IMG/VR virus record: IMGVR_UViG_3300037440_000524
Span: 1 to 54,209 of that record
Strand: one strand, 5' to 3'
From: a virus
Taxonomy: Duplodnaviria > Caudoviricetes
DNA: 54,209 nt
Below are positions 8,328-17,680 of this stretch, in pieces. The notes beneath the pieces were generated by a model. The model was not told the DNA's origin and made no database searches. It saw nothing but the letters and a program-made list of their open reading frames with translations. Each line of letters begins with the position of its first letter. Position 1 is the stretch's first letter. The position numbers were made by a program, and so were the translations under genes.

Positions 8328-8576
8328 CTACTCCTGAGTGGTGGTTACGGTGACGCGCGCCTGGTCGCACGAGGTGACAGCTAGCACCTTGGTCGATTTG
8401 CTCGCTCGCTCCTGAGCCCAGACGCAGAGCCGGTCCCAGGACGTGCAGAGCAGTGCGTCGCCACCGAGAGTTCGTGCGCTGGCGCAGTAGAGAGTGGCCT
8501 CTAAGCGTACTGGCTGCACAGCTACTACGGGACGGGCGCAGCTGGCGATCCCGAGAGCCAGTAAGATGGCGCGCAC
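8328..8576 (-). CDS. Putative lipoprotein
   Basis: MRAILLALGIASC lipobox-like; SD AAGGAG. Confidence 0.55.
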   Translation of the reverse strand: MRAILLALGIASCARPVVAVQPVRLEATLYCASARTLGGDALLCTSWDRLCVWAQERASKSTKVLAVTSCDQARVTVTTTQE

Positions 8577-8578
8577 GG

Positions 8579-9064
8579 CTACTCCTTGTCCGGCGGTGCG
8601 AATAGCCGCCGCAGCTGCGACCACCCGCCTGAAGCGGTCCATGCGACGCCAAGGGCAGCCATCAACATCGCCAACGACATTGGCTCGCCCACCGCCAGCG
8701 AGTGAGCTACGGCGCCTACTAGGCTCAGGACGAGCGTAGCAACCACGCCGCCCCGGTCAGTCGCGATCCACGGCCAGACCTTGCCACCGAATCGCCGCGC
8801 CAGGTAGACGAGACCGATCAGTACGAGACCAGCGGCGACCAGCCATTGCCCTGCCTTGATCGCGGAGTAGGTGGCCTCGGCGAACCCTCCGGTATCCTCG
8901 CCCGGATCCGGGACGGTGACCTCGACGGTCGCGCCCTCAACCGGAGCAGCGTCCGCGATCCAGGTCGGGACCGGGTCGCCGGGGTCCGCGATCGCGACAC
9001 GCATAAGCAATGCGGTGGCCATGGCGAACAACAAAACGATCATGACGGCGTGCAGGGTCTTCAT
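8579..9064 (-). CDS. Holin-like multi-pass membrane protein
   Basis: About four hydrophobic segments; adjacent to the spanin-like pair. Confidence 0.6.
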   Translation of the reverse strand: MKTLHAVMIVLLFAMATALLMRVAIADPGDPVPTWIADAAPVEGATVEVTVPDPGEDTGGFAEATYSAIKAGQWLVAAGLVLIGLVYLARRFGGKVWPWIATDRGGVVATLVLSLVGAVAHSLAVGEPMSLAMLMAALGVAWTASGGWSQLRRLFAPPDKE

Positions 9065-9423
9065 GGCTCATCTCCATCCAGTGTTTCGGGTAGCGGCCCG
9101 CAGCGGACGTACGCCGCCGAGGACCAGCGCTGTAATGCAGTCAAATAGCGCACGAGCTCGATAGTCGAGTCGCGCGTTAGGCAAACCAGGTACGGCGCCG
9201 GGCAGCCGTCGGCCACACCCATAACGTCGATGTTCTCTGGCTCGGGCGGTTCGCCGATGTCTCCTATGCACCCGCGGCGCTCGATCGTGACCGGCGGCGG
9301 TAGAGTCGCCTCCTGCTTCCTCCTGCATCCAGCCGCCAGCGTAGCTATCACGGCAGCGAGCCAGATCGCTGCAGCCCAGACAGCAAGCCGGGTCAGGCGC
9401 GCGGCTGTCTCCTCGCGGGTCAC
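9061..9423 (-). CDS. Putative outer-membrane spanin (Rz1-like lipoprotein)
   Basis: LAAGC lipobox; Pro-rich; directly downstream of a TM/coiled-coil gene. Confidence 0.6.
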   Translation of the reverse strand: MTREETAARLTRLAVWAAAIWLAAVIATLAAGCRRKQEATLPPPVTIERRGCIGDIGEPPEPENIDVMGVADGCPAPYLVCLTRDSTIELVRYLTALQRWSSAAYVRCGPLPETLDGDEP

Positions 9424-9746
9424 GACTTGCTCCTCGGCGTGGTGAGTCTCTCGAGTTCTGACCGGAGTCTTTCGTCTGACCAATCGTCGTAATGATCGGC
9501 GCAGAACTGCAGCTCAGTTCGCAGCTGTCGCAGCTCTGCGCCGGCGCGAAGGCGCACCTCGGTTAGCTCATCGGTCAGAGCGTGCAGCTGCTCTGCGAGC
9601 GCCTGAGCATGGGTGGTGGCGGCGACCGCGCGGGCCTTCTGCTGGTCGCGTTCCTCGACTAGTCCGGCGCGACGCAGGGCGAGAACAGCTAGCGCGATTG
9701 CGACCATTCCGAACGCCGCCCATCCGCTGATCGCCACGTAGGTCAT
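9420..9746 (-). CDS. Putative inner-membrane spanin (Rz-like)
   Basis: N-terminal TM followed by a long coiled coil. Confidence 0.6.
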   Translation of the reverse strand: MTYVAISGWAAFGMVAIALAVLALRRAGLVEERDQQKARAVAATTHAQALAEQLHALTDELTEVRLRAGAELRQLRTELQFCADHYDDWSDERLRSELERLTTPRSKS

Positions 9747-9941
9747 CGCGTACTCCTACGGGATAGGCGGCCGTGCACGCATGGCAGCGAGCAATCTGCG
9801 CCGACATTGCTCACGGCGACGCTCAAACCCAGGAGATGGTTCCCGAAGTAGTTCACGGCGTGGCTCCCTCTGTCGATCCTTGCCTCGCCGTTCGCGCGCA
9901 CGCGGCCGCCGGATCATCGATGCCTTCAAGCGTCCTCCTGG

Positions 9942-10304
9942 TCATTGCTCACCTCGCTCGCAGGCGAAGTACTGCCGCAGTTTGAGCGCGTTCGTGGAGT
10001 ACCTGGCCTGATTCGGCGCGTCCAGGCACAGGACGCCAGATTGGCACTCCCACGTGTCTACGCTCTCTAGACGCGGCGGCGCGCATCGGGTCACCGGCGC
10101 TTGTCGCTCGACGATCCGAGTGTGGACTTTGGCTGGTGCGGACGCGGTCTGTTCGAGCTCGGCGCGACAACTATCCCGCTCCAGCATGACCTCGCGCATC
10201 TCCGCCCTGACAGACGGCGGGCACTCGCACTCGGGCGGCGGAGCGGGGGCATCCGGTGCCGGTGGGTGGCACGAGAGCAGGAGCGCAGCGAGGGCGACTC
10301 TCAT
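9942..10304 (-). CDS. Putative lipoprotein
   Basis: MRVALAALLLSC lipobox; Cys-rich. Confidence 0.6.
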   Translation of the reverse strand: MRVALAALLLSCHPPAPDAPAPPPECECPPSVRAEMREVMLERDSCRAELEQTASAPAKVHTRIVERQAPVTRCAPPRLESVDTWECQSGVLCLDAPNQARYSTNALKLRQYFACERGEQ

Positions 10305-10624
10305 GGCTCCTCCGGGTGCTTGAGCAGGTGCTCAGTCAGGGACTTGACGCTGTCGCGCGTCTCCTGCGCGGCCTCGCGTGTCGCCTCCATGGTCGCCTCG
10401 ATCGCAGCGCCTCTGTGCTCGAGCTGGCGCACGCGTCCGTCGAGCACTCGGTCCGCGTCGTGGAGCGGCGCCAGTTCGTCGCTGGTCACGTAGCGCTGGA
10501 TGTACAGGGCCGCGCTGCTGGCCGCTATAGCCACCGCGATTAGGACCGAGATCGCCTTCCAGGTCGCGCTCAGGTGTTGCCACCAGGCGAGGGGGCGGGG
10601 CGGGGTCGTGTCGCGGCCGGTCAT
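10301..10624 (-). CDS. Membrane protein with coiled coil (lysis-associated)
   Basis: One TM followed by heptad-like repeats; ATGA-coupled. Confidence 0.6.
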   Translation of the reverse strand: MTGRDTTPPRPLAWWQHLSATWKAISVLIAVAIAASSAALYIQRYVTSDELAPLHDADRVLDGRVRQLEHRGAAIEATMEATREAAQETRDSVKSLTEHLLKHPEEP

Positions 10625-11649
10625 TCCCCCCTCATCGTGGCGAGGTAGGCGTCCCAGTCCTGCTCTGCGTTTGCGTCCTTCCAGACGCACACTAGGACTA
10701 CCTTCCCAGCACAAGATGTTGCTGCGCCGGCGGGGGCGCCAACGCCGGTCCTCTGGTCGCTACTCGCAGACTCGTCGTGCGTGCCGGGGATGTGCTCGAG
10801 ATCTGTGCGAGTACCACTAAGATTGGCGGTAGCGTCGCGGTACCAGAGGAATTGATGGACCGCGCCGGTGGTGTGATCCTGAGCTCCAGATGAGGAGAGC
10901 ACGCCATTGTGCTGTGTAAACACTAGCCCACTGGCATTAATGAGAGTGCGATCTGTACCGCCTCCGGCCGTGGTCCAGGTGAGGCCCGCCGCCGGTGTGT
11001 CGGGTACTCCGATAACGAGAATCGCAAACGACTCGCCGGCCGCCAGGTCGGTCCCGGCGGCCACGGACGCGAATGCCTCGCCGGCCGATCCGTCCACGCC
11101 AACAAAAGGTGCCGACCACCCCGATACCGACTGCTGATAAGACGGCGTCCCGAAGGCCGTGAGTGCTAGTCCGGTGACCTTGTCGATGAGATCTCCGCTC
11201 GCCTCGTCGCAGGTCCAGATGTAGTCTGGGATCGCGAGCCCGAGCGTCGTGAAGTGGCTCTCTTCAGTCGGCAGATACCAACTGTCTGGCCCGTCGGTGG
11301 GCACCACCTCGCTCACCTCCACCTGCTGCTCCACAAACACCGTCGCCCCATCATCATCCGTGACCGTCAGCCGCACCGTGTATTCGCCGTCCTCGGCGTA
11401 CTCGTGCGTCGGGTGCTGGTCGGTCTTATACTCGGGATCGGACTCGTCGCCGAAGTCCCAGAGCCAAGCGACTACGGTGCCGTCCGCGTCTGTGGACTCG
11501 TCGGTGAATTCGACGGATAGACCGTCTGCTACGAACGAGAACGCTGCCATCGGCGGCTGATTTGGAGCAACAGACTCAGGCGCGTTGCCTACCAGGAACT
11601 GCTGCAACAACCGCGCGTCGGCTGCGGCGACAACGTCGATCCTTTTCAT
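10621..11649 (-). CDS. Virion protein with PKD (Ig-like) domain and LamG/ConA-like domain
   Basis: PPMAAF..VEFTD.STD.DG.VVAWLWDFGD..HPTHEY..G.YTVRLTVTDDDG. Confidence 0.8.
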   Translation of the reverse strand: MKRIDVVAAADARLLQQFLVGNAPESVAPNQPPMAAFSFVADGLSVEFTDESTDADGTVVAWLWDFGDESDPEYKTDQHPTHEYAEDGEYTVRLTVTDDDGATVFVEQQVEVSEVVPTDGPDSWYLPTEESHFTTLGLAIPDYIWTCDEASGDLIDKVTGLALTAFGTPSYQQSVSGWSAPFVGVDGSAGEAFASVAAGTDLAAGESFAILVIGVPDTPAAGLTWTTAGGGTDRTLINASGLVFTQHNGVLSSSGAQDHTTGAVHQFLWYRDATANLSGTRTDLEHIPGTHDESASSDQRTGVGAPAGAATSCAGKVVLVCVWKDANAEQDWDAYLATMRGE

Positions 11650-12830
11650 TCGGCGACTCCTGCCAGGAGCCCGCCTACCGGATCGTATTCGCCATCCTCG
11701 AATGTCGGGGCATTCACCGGCGTGAGCGTATTGCCGTTGCCAGAGAAGTCGGTGTAGCTGCCGTCAAGAGGCCAGGAGCCCTGCAGCCCGTCGGTGCTAA
11801 CCGGAAAGTCGAGCGAGGCGATCTCTTCGTCGGTGAGCGCGCGGTCGTAGATCTGGACGTTGCGGAGGTCGCCGTTGAAGTAGCGAGCGACATCAGACCG
11901 CCCTCCGACCTCGAACGAACTCGTGCCATCGAAGATGCTCGCCTCGTTGCCATCGCTCTGCGTTATCGGGTACTCGATGCCGTCGAAGTAGAAGTGGATC
12001 CGCTCCTGCACCGTCGAGCCAGCCTCACCATCAAACGTGACTGCCACGTGATGCCACGTATCAACCACCAGAGGGACGGTCGCGTAGTTGAAGGGCCCGA
12101 CCGCGCCGTCAGCGGATGACCAGAACGCGAGTCGCTGCGTGGAGCCGGAGGCGTGCAGGTACATCACGTAGGAGCGCTGTCCGTTGATGTTCCCCTTGCC
12201 GCAGATCGTGTAGTACTCGCTGGCGCCCGGGAGGCTCGAGACGCGGACCCACGCACGAAGTGTCAGTGTCGTCGTGAACCCGAGCCCGGTCGGCGCTGTC
12301 ACGCCGGCGTACTGGCTCGACGCCCGCTCCAGGTGCAGCGCCAGCCCTTGCCCACCGAAACCAAGCCCCGGATCTTCTCCCTCGAACGCGAACATCTCGT
12401 CCAGATCATTGCCATGGTGCTCGAGCAAGATCCGCACGCCGGCGCTAACGACATCGCGCAGGAAGCTAATGAGGACGGTAGCCAGCTCGTCGCTCATCTC
12501 TACGCCGCTCACCCGCAGAGTCAACGCGGCTGGGTACTCCGGGACGATCTCAAGGTATGCGTCGGGATCGAATACGACGAGGTTAGACACCTTGATGACG
12601 TCCTCGATGTTGCCGTCGCTGCGATTCGTCGCCACGCGGGCGCGCACGTAACGGCGATAAGTCTCATCGTCCAGGCCAAGTCGCGGCTGCCCGACGAGCT
12701 TGCCGAGCGCATCGAGCTGTACACCTACCGCAAGGTCGATCGAGCGCTGCTCCAGGATGGCGAGCATCGCGTCTTCTACCTCTTGTAGAGGCGACACGAG
12801 AGCGGCGAGGAAGTTGCGGAGGTTGCTCAT
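11646..12830 (-). CDS. Baseplate wedge protein (gpI/DUF2612-like) fused to LamG domain
   Basis: AVGVQLDALGKLVGQPR, DDETYRRYVRAR; C-terminal WHHVAVTFDG, FNGDL..VQIYDRALT. Confidence 0.8.
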   Translation of the reverse strand: MSNLRNFLAALVSPLQEVEDAMLAILEQRSIDLAVGVQLDALGKLVGQPRLGLDDETYRRYVRARVATNRSDGNIEDVIKVSNLVVFDPDAYLEIVPEYPAALTLRVSGVEMSDELATVLISFLRDVVSAGVRILLEHHGNDLDEMFAFEGEDPGLGFGGQGLALHLERASSQYAGVTAPTGLGFTTTLTLRAWVRVSSLPGASEYYTICGKGNINGQRSYVMYLHASGSTQRLAFWSSADGAVGPFNYATVPLVVDTWHHVAVTFDGEAGSTVQERIHFYFDGIEYPITQSDGNEASIFDGTSSFEVGGRSDVARYFNGDLRNVQIYDRALTDEEIASLDFPVSTDGLQGSWPLDGSYTDFSGNGNTLTPVNAPTFEDGEYDPVGGLLAGVAE

Positions 12831-12864
12831 GTTAGTTCGTTGAGAGGTAGGTCACCGGGGGCCA

Positions 12865-14382
12865 TTACGAGCTCGAAATCACAAACCAGCGCTGTTCAAC
12901 GCTGTCGTAACGCAGGGTCGCTGCCTGTCCTCGGGTAAGCGTCAGGTCCGTGGCCCCTGGGCACACAATACGGTTTTCCTCCAGAGAGCCTGTATTTTCG
13001 TGCCTTAGAGTTGTTGTCCCCGCAGCGTGAACAGCGACCACGAGTAGCTGGCGGCCATCAACCTGGGAGAGGCTAAACCCGCTGATGCTTAGCCCCGCCG
13101 TAGTGTTGTCCTTGAGCACCTCGAGGATGGAGGCGTTACCGGGGGCGTAGTTGTGGATGTTTCCGCCGCCGCCAGTTGCGGTTGTTTTTTCTACCGCGTC
13201 GGTGAAAACGGTCCTTCGGTATGCGGACCCACTGTCGCGCGCGTATGAGAACCCTATGCCATCGTAGTAGTTCACGTGCACCGGGTCTGCGAGAACAATG
13301 GTGCGCGAAAGGCCCGACTGCATTGTGTCCAGCAGAAAGTTTCCGCTGAACGTGCCCGTGCCGCCTTCCGAGTGAAACTTTACCGAGGACAGGGCTGGGC
13401 TCGTTCGGCCGTTTCCCGAACCTCCGGTATTCCGCGCCGCAACGAACGGGCGGGGGAGAGCGACCGTCCAGCTGTAGAAGCTGTCCCGCAGGGAAAACCC
13501 TTTGCAGTTGGTGACCTCGAAAATTGCCGCATCGGCCGGAGCCGTACCGTCCAGCGTCGCTTCCACGTGCATGTTGTCCATCGTGATATCGATGACGGTG
13601 TGCAGGTAGAACGGCGAGTCGCTGTGTAGCGTAGGCGCAGCCGTCCACTCAGATACGTGGAGGTCGGAACCAGAGGCTTGGACATGCAGTTCTCGCTTCC
13701 AGTTGCTGCCATAGCAGACTATGTGGCTAAGTTCCCCTCCATTGTGGGAACCCTGAACGTCAGAGTTTGCCCAAAGACCAATCGCGACCGTACCCGACGC
13801 TGCGCTGCTAAACGACAAGTGTTGCATGTACCCGCTCTCCTGCATATGCACCCAGGAGAGGCATGTGATGTCTTCGTTACCGTTTGTTTCAAACCTAAGA
13901 AACTCAATCTGCGGGTAATATTGTGGGTTCGCTGTAGTGTTCGGTCGGTTCCCATCGTTACCGGCGGCCCAGTCAGCGTCGGTCCAGTTCCTTAAAATCT
14001 CCGAGCCAGACCAGCCCGATGCCACGCAGCGAAGAGTTGACCCTCGTCGGGATGTACCCGCGAGACGGACTCTGTTGGTGTAGTTTAAGGGGCGGCTAAT
14101 TAAGTATATGCCGAGCGGAAAAAATAGCTCAGAGTCCGCGGGCGCCCCGTCAATCGCCGCCTGAATCGCCGCCGTGTCGTCGGTGACGCCGTCTCCCTTG
14201 GCGCCGAATGTCCGCACGTCGATCGCCAGCGCGCCGCCGCCGTTGAGAAAAAACTCGTCCCGTAGCGCCTGGTTGCGTCGGAGCAGAGCCGCGCGCCCCT
14301 GCTCGTTCTCCGCTACCTTTGCCTCGAGGCGCTGAATGACCGCACTCGCCTCGCTCAGTGTGCGGTACTTGCCGGCCATCAC
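12865..14382 (-). CDS. Tailspike / pectate-lyase-like beta-helix protein
   Basis: DVRTFGAKGDGVTDDTAAIQAAID...FPLGIYLIS. Confidence 0.8.
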   Translation of the reverse strand: MMAGKYRTLSEASAVIQRLEAKVAENEQGRAALLRRNQALRDEFFLNGGGALAIDVRTFGAKGDGVTDDTAAIQAAIDGAPADSELFFPLGIYLISRPLNYTNRVRLAGTSRRGSTLRCVASGWSGSEILRNWTDADWAAGNDGNRPNTTANPQYYPQIEFLRFETNGNEDITCLSWVHMQESGYMQHLSFSSAASGTVAIGLWANSDVQGSHNGGELSHIVCYGSNWKRELHVQASGSDLHVSEWTAAPTLHSDSPFYLHTVIDITMDNMHVEATLDGTAPADAAIFEVTNCKGFSLRDSFYSWTVALPRPFVAARNTGGSGNGRTSPALSSVKFHSEGGTGTFSGNFLLDTMQSGLSRTIVLADPVHVNYYDGIGFSYARDSGSAYRRTVFTDAVEKTTATGGGGNIHNYAPGNASILEVLKDNTTAGLSISGFSLSQVDGRQLLVVAVHAAGTTTLRHENTGSLEENRIVCPGATDLTLTRGQAATLRYDSVEQRWFVISSS

Positions 14383-14888
14383 GGCACCCCCGTGGAACTG
14401 TACTTGCTGGTTACCGCGAATCCCTTGGATTCACGGATCCGTATATATCTTTCAGAGGCCCTTCTGTTTTTGCACGCACGACAGACTCGCTTTCCTTGGC
14501 AAATGATTGTGTTTCCATCAGTGTACTCGTGACCTTTTGGGCATTGCGTCTTCGCTTTCTGGATCGCGCCCATTGCCCGTCCCCCCGCCGATGGTATGTC
14601 ACTTCGTCGTAGGTTCTCTGCGTGCGTGACAGCTTCCAGGTGCCGCGGATTGCAGCAAGGAGGTGTCTTGCATAGATGGTCAAGCTCGAGACCGTCTGGC
14701 ACCGGACCGACAAAATGCTCATATGCCGCTACGTGCGTTCCTACCAACGAAGTTCCTCGCCTCCCTCGACGGATCTGTCCATAACCTACTGCACGATATC
14801 CATTCCATATCCAGCACCCAGTGTCTGGATCTACGTTTACCTTGGCGAGCAGTCGGTCAATTAGTGGGCGCGTGATTTTTGGCATCAT
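14379..14888 (-). CDS. HNH homing endonuclease
   Basis: CWIW.G..GYG..H..AYE..ELDHLC..CCNPRHLEAVT..ENL; KTQCPKGH. Confidence 0.92.
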   Translation of the reverse strand: MMPKITRPLIDRLLAKVNVDPDTGCWIWNGYRAVGYGQIRRGRRGTSLVGTHVAAYEHFVGPVPDGLELDHLCKTPPCCNPRHLEAVTHAENLRRSDIPSAGGRAMGAIQKAKTQCPKGHEYTDGNTIICQGKRVCRACKNRRASERYIRIRESKGFAVTSKYSSTGVP

Positions 14889-16228
14889 GGAACTCCCGTA
14901 GAACTGCTGTCTACGAGTATTCTACTCGTATCATATTGCGCCAACTGCCTGAGCGAGATCGCAATCGTCGTGCTACCGCTCGGGCTTGGTGAGGCGCCGA
15001 TGTCGATAGAGAGTACGTCGAGCACGCCTGGCACCTTGAACGCCTGCGCACCCAGAGAGAACGCCACTGCGTCTTTGCCGGTCGGCTGCGCGTCGCCGAA
15101 CAGCACGATCGCTAGCTTGACCTGATCGTCACCGTCGGACGGATAAACCAGCGGGTCAACGTGGAGCTCGATGTCGATGTAGATCTCAATCTCTTCAGGC
15201 CGCGAAAACGAGACGTCGATCTCGGTGCCCTGCGAGTCAGCTGCAGTGCCGTCCTCGGTGCCGTGCGTCTCGATACCAGCGGCAACGTTGGCGAGTAGCG
15301 AATCCCAGATGTCCTGGTCATCGCCGCCCTGCACGAGCGCCTCAACGCTCTTGGGTGGCATCCCGTCAGGGTCGGTGACCATCGAGTTGTTCACGAACAC
15401 GGTCACAGCTGTGACGCCAGTGACTTGCAGCAACGCGGCGCGGATACCGTCCTTCGTGCTCGACCCGCTCGCGGCCAGCTCGAGCTCGCGCCTCAGCCGA
15501 AGATCCTCGTCGGTCTCTTCGAGTCGTCCTAGCGTCGCGTCCAGTAGATTGATAACCCCGTTCCAGCCAGAGACCGGGGTCTCGATCTCGGTGATGGTGC
15601 CGCTTACCGCCAGCGTTGGGCCTACCTCAGCGGCCGCCGATGGCACGTCGATGGCGCCGGTGCCCTCACCCATGAATCGCCAAGTCACCGTGTTGTCCAC
15701 GATGACGCTGTCCTCGCCAGTAGGGCCGCCGCTCGAGTCGCTGGTGCCGGCGACCGTAGCCACGTAGGCGTTGCCGTCGTTCGTGACCTGGCTACCTAGC
15801 GCATAGGAGGTATCTGCCTCCCACGCGTCGAGCTCCTCAATCGTTGCGTCCTCGAGGGTGACGAACTCCACCTCGGTCACTGTTTGGCTTGCGCGGCTGC
15901 CCTCCGAGACTATCGTGAGAGGCGTGCCGGTGAGCGTGAGCGCCGCCAGGCTGGGCCGCGCCTCGCGCCGCAGTGTGCCCGTGAGTGCGCTGATGGCGTC
16001 AAGCTGCGCACCTGTAGCCGAGTCCGGGTCGAGCGACCCGTTGACGAGCTCGAGCCCCTCTTCGGCAAGCGCAATCTGCTCTGCAACGATTCCAGCCCAC
16101 TGTCCCTCGATCGATCCGTCGGACATGTCGATCGATGGTGCGATACGGCTGTGGACCTCGGCGTTGATCTCCTCGCGAATATCCTGGAGCGATCTGATTA
16201 CCAGCCCTTCTAGGGTCAGCTCAGCCAT
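14885..16228 (-). CDS. Baseplate J-like protein
   Basis: LDPDSATGAQLD, ETDEDLRLRR, GSST.DGIRAAL, FSRP. Confidence 0.92.
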   Translation of the reverse strand: MAELTLEGLVIRSLQDIREEINAEVHSRIAPSIDMSDGSIEGQWAGIVAEQIALAEEGLELVNGSLDPDSATGAQLDAISALTGTLRREARPSLAALTLTGTPLTIVSEGSRASQTVTEVEFVTLEDATIEELDAWEADTSYALGSQVTNDGNAYVATVAGTSDSSGGPTGEDSVIVDNTVTWRFMGEGTGAIDVPSAAAEVGPTLAVSGTITEIETPVSGWNGVINLLDATLGRLEETDEDLRLRRELELAASGSSTKDGIRAALLQVTGVTAVTVFVNNSMVTDPDGMPPKSVEALVQGGDDQDIWDSLLANVAAGIETHGTEDGTAADSQGTEIDVSFSRPEEIEIYIDIELHVDPLVYPSDGDDQVKLAIVLFGDAQPTGKDAVAFSLGAQAFKVPGVLDVLSIDIGASPSPSGSTTIAISLRQLAQYDTSRILVDSSSTGVP

Positions 16229-16244
16229 GATACGCTCCTAGATC

Positions 16245-16673
16245 ATGCGCTTTTCGATCGCCGCCCTGACCTTGCTGGTTGCTTGCGCCCCGCCACTGCC
16301 CGGAGAACCGGTCGATCCCCCAGAGGGAGTAGATGTGGCGGCCGAGATTGCGATGGGAGAGTGGAGCGAGCGCCTGCTCGCGCCCGGGCGGCAATTCGAG
16401 ATCCCGGACATTCTGTGGTTCGATATGGATTGCTTCCCAATCGAATCTGGAGACTGCGTCCCTGCCTACTACGGATCTGGCCGCTTCTACCGTCCCGAGA
16501 TCCATATCGTCACCCGGGTCGTGAGTGAGCCGTTCCCAGCCGACGACATCTCCCATGAGCTCCTCCATGCCGCGCTCGACCAAATGGGAGAGGCATACGG
16601 AGATGGCGAACACCTGAGACCGGAATGGGAACAGGTCCACGATGTCTCTGATATCGCCAGCTCTGCGTTCTGA
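16245..16673 (+). CDS. Antisense lipoprotein with HEXXH (zincin-like) motif; moron
   Basis: MRFSIAALTLLVAC lipobox; ISHELLHAAL...D.EH. Confidence 0.75.
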   Translation: MRFSIAALTLLVACAPPLPGEPVDPPEGVDVAAEIAMGEWSERLLAPGRQFEIPDILWFDMDCFPIESGDCVPAYYGSGRFYRPEIHIVTRVVSEPFPADDISHELLHAALDQMGEAYGDGEHLRPEWEQVHDVSDIASSAF

Positions 16674-16675
16674 GA

Positions 16676-17284
16676 TCACGGCGCGGGCCTGTCGTAAATG
16701 ACTTCTACGTAGCTGACTAGAGCAGTGTCCCCGGCCCCGCTGGACTCGATCACTACCGCATAAGAGGAGTCCTCCAGGATGGTGTGATCGATCCCGGGGC
16801 CGAGCGGCACCTCGCCAGCCGACACGTTCTCGCTCGCCACGCTGACCGGGCTCCCCGGAGCTGCGCGAGGCACTCGGTAGAAATCGATGAACGGGGTGCC
16901 TGCGACGGAAGAAAAGTAGAGAATGATGTCTTTGACCCGGTCCCCTGCCCTTAGGTTGATTGGCACAGCCGCGGCGTCTTCCTCTGCAGAAGAAGACAGC
17001 CCCGATTCAAATGCTCCAATAGAGACGCCTGACGGTCCGTTGTGGACGATGAACGACGCCGGGCTGATGATGAGTTTTCTGTCTCCGTGATAGACCTCTC
17101 CGACCTCAAGGTCGCCCTCGTCTAGGTAATCAATCCACCTCGATACTGATCTCCAAAAAAAATTGAACGTTTGAGCCGGTGGTCTCTCACCAGGAGCCCA
17201 ACCGGCCAATTTTTTTCCGGCGTTAGGCTCAATGACATCGTCATCGTCTGGGTCCCAGCCGGGGACTTCGGTTGGCTTGGCCAT
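16676..17284 (-). CDS. Tail fibre-type protein
   Basis: MAKP..W...EP...K..GW..GERPPAQ.FN.F is a typical myovirus fibre N-terminus. Confidence 0.75.
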   Translation of the reverse strand: MAKPTEVPGWDPDDDDVIEPNAGKKLAGWAPGERPPAQTFNFFWRSVSRWIDYLDEGDLEVGEVYHGDRKLIISPASFIVHNGPSGVSIGAFESGLSSSAEEDAAAVPINLRAGDRVKDIILYFSSVAGTPFIDFYRVPRAAPGSPVSVASENVSAGEVPLGPGIDHTILEDSSYAVVIESSGAGDTALVSYVEVIYDRPAP

Positions 17285-17679
17285 TACCCAATCTCCACTT
17301 CTTCCACAAAGCTATCACCGAACTCGGTCCGCACCGAGAACTCAACTGTCATCGTCCTGGTTGCGCTGTCGAAAGTGATAGAGAGAGAGACGATCTCCTG
17401 TACGCCGGGGCACGCTAAAATCGCTGGGCGGAAAGCGGACCTTGCCTTTGGCTCGCTGAACTTCTGCCCGAGTAACGCCTCCGCTTCGGATACCCCGTCG
17501 CGCTCGAGATACGGTATCCCGTGGTCAAGATTGAGAAACCACTCGCCCCGGAAGGTCTTGAGGCGGACCTTGATACCCTGCACCACGGCGTCGATCCCGG
17601 ACAGGTGCCGCAGCGGAAACAGCACATCATCTCCATCCGCGTTTAGCGCAACCGTAATCGGGTCATTAATGAGAGGCAT
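17284..17679 (-). CDS. Baseplate wedge subunit (gp25/gpW-like)
   Basis: AVVQGIKVRLKTFRGEWFLNLDHGIPY. Confidence 0.85.
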   Translation of the reverse strand: MPLINDPITVALNADGDDVLFPLRHLSGIDAVVQGIKVRLKTFRGEWFLNLDHGIPYLERDGVSEAEALLGQKFSEPKARSAFRPAILACPGVQEIVSLSITFDSATRTMTVEFSVRTEFGDSFVEEVEIG

Positions 17680-17680
17680 A

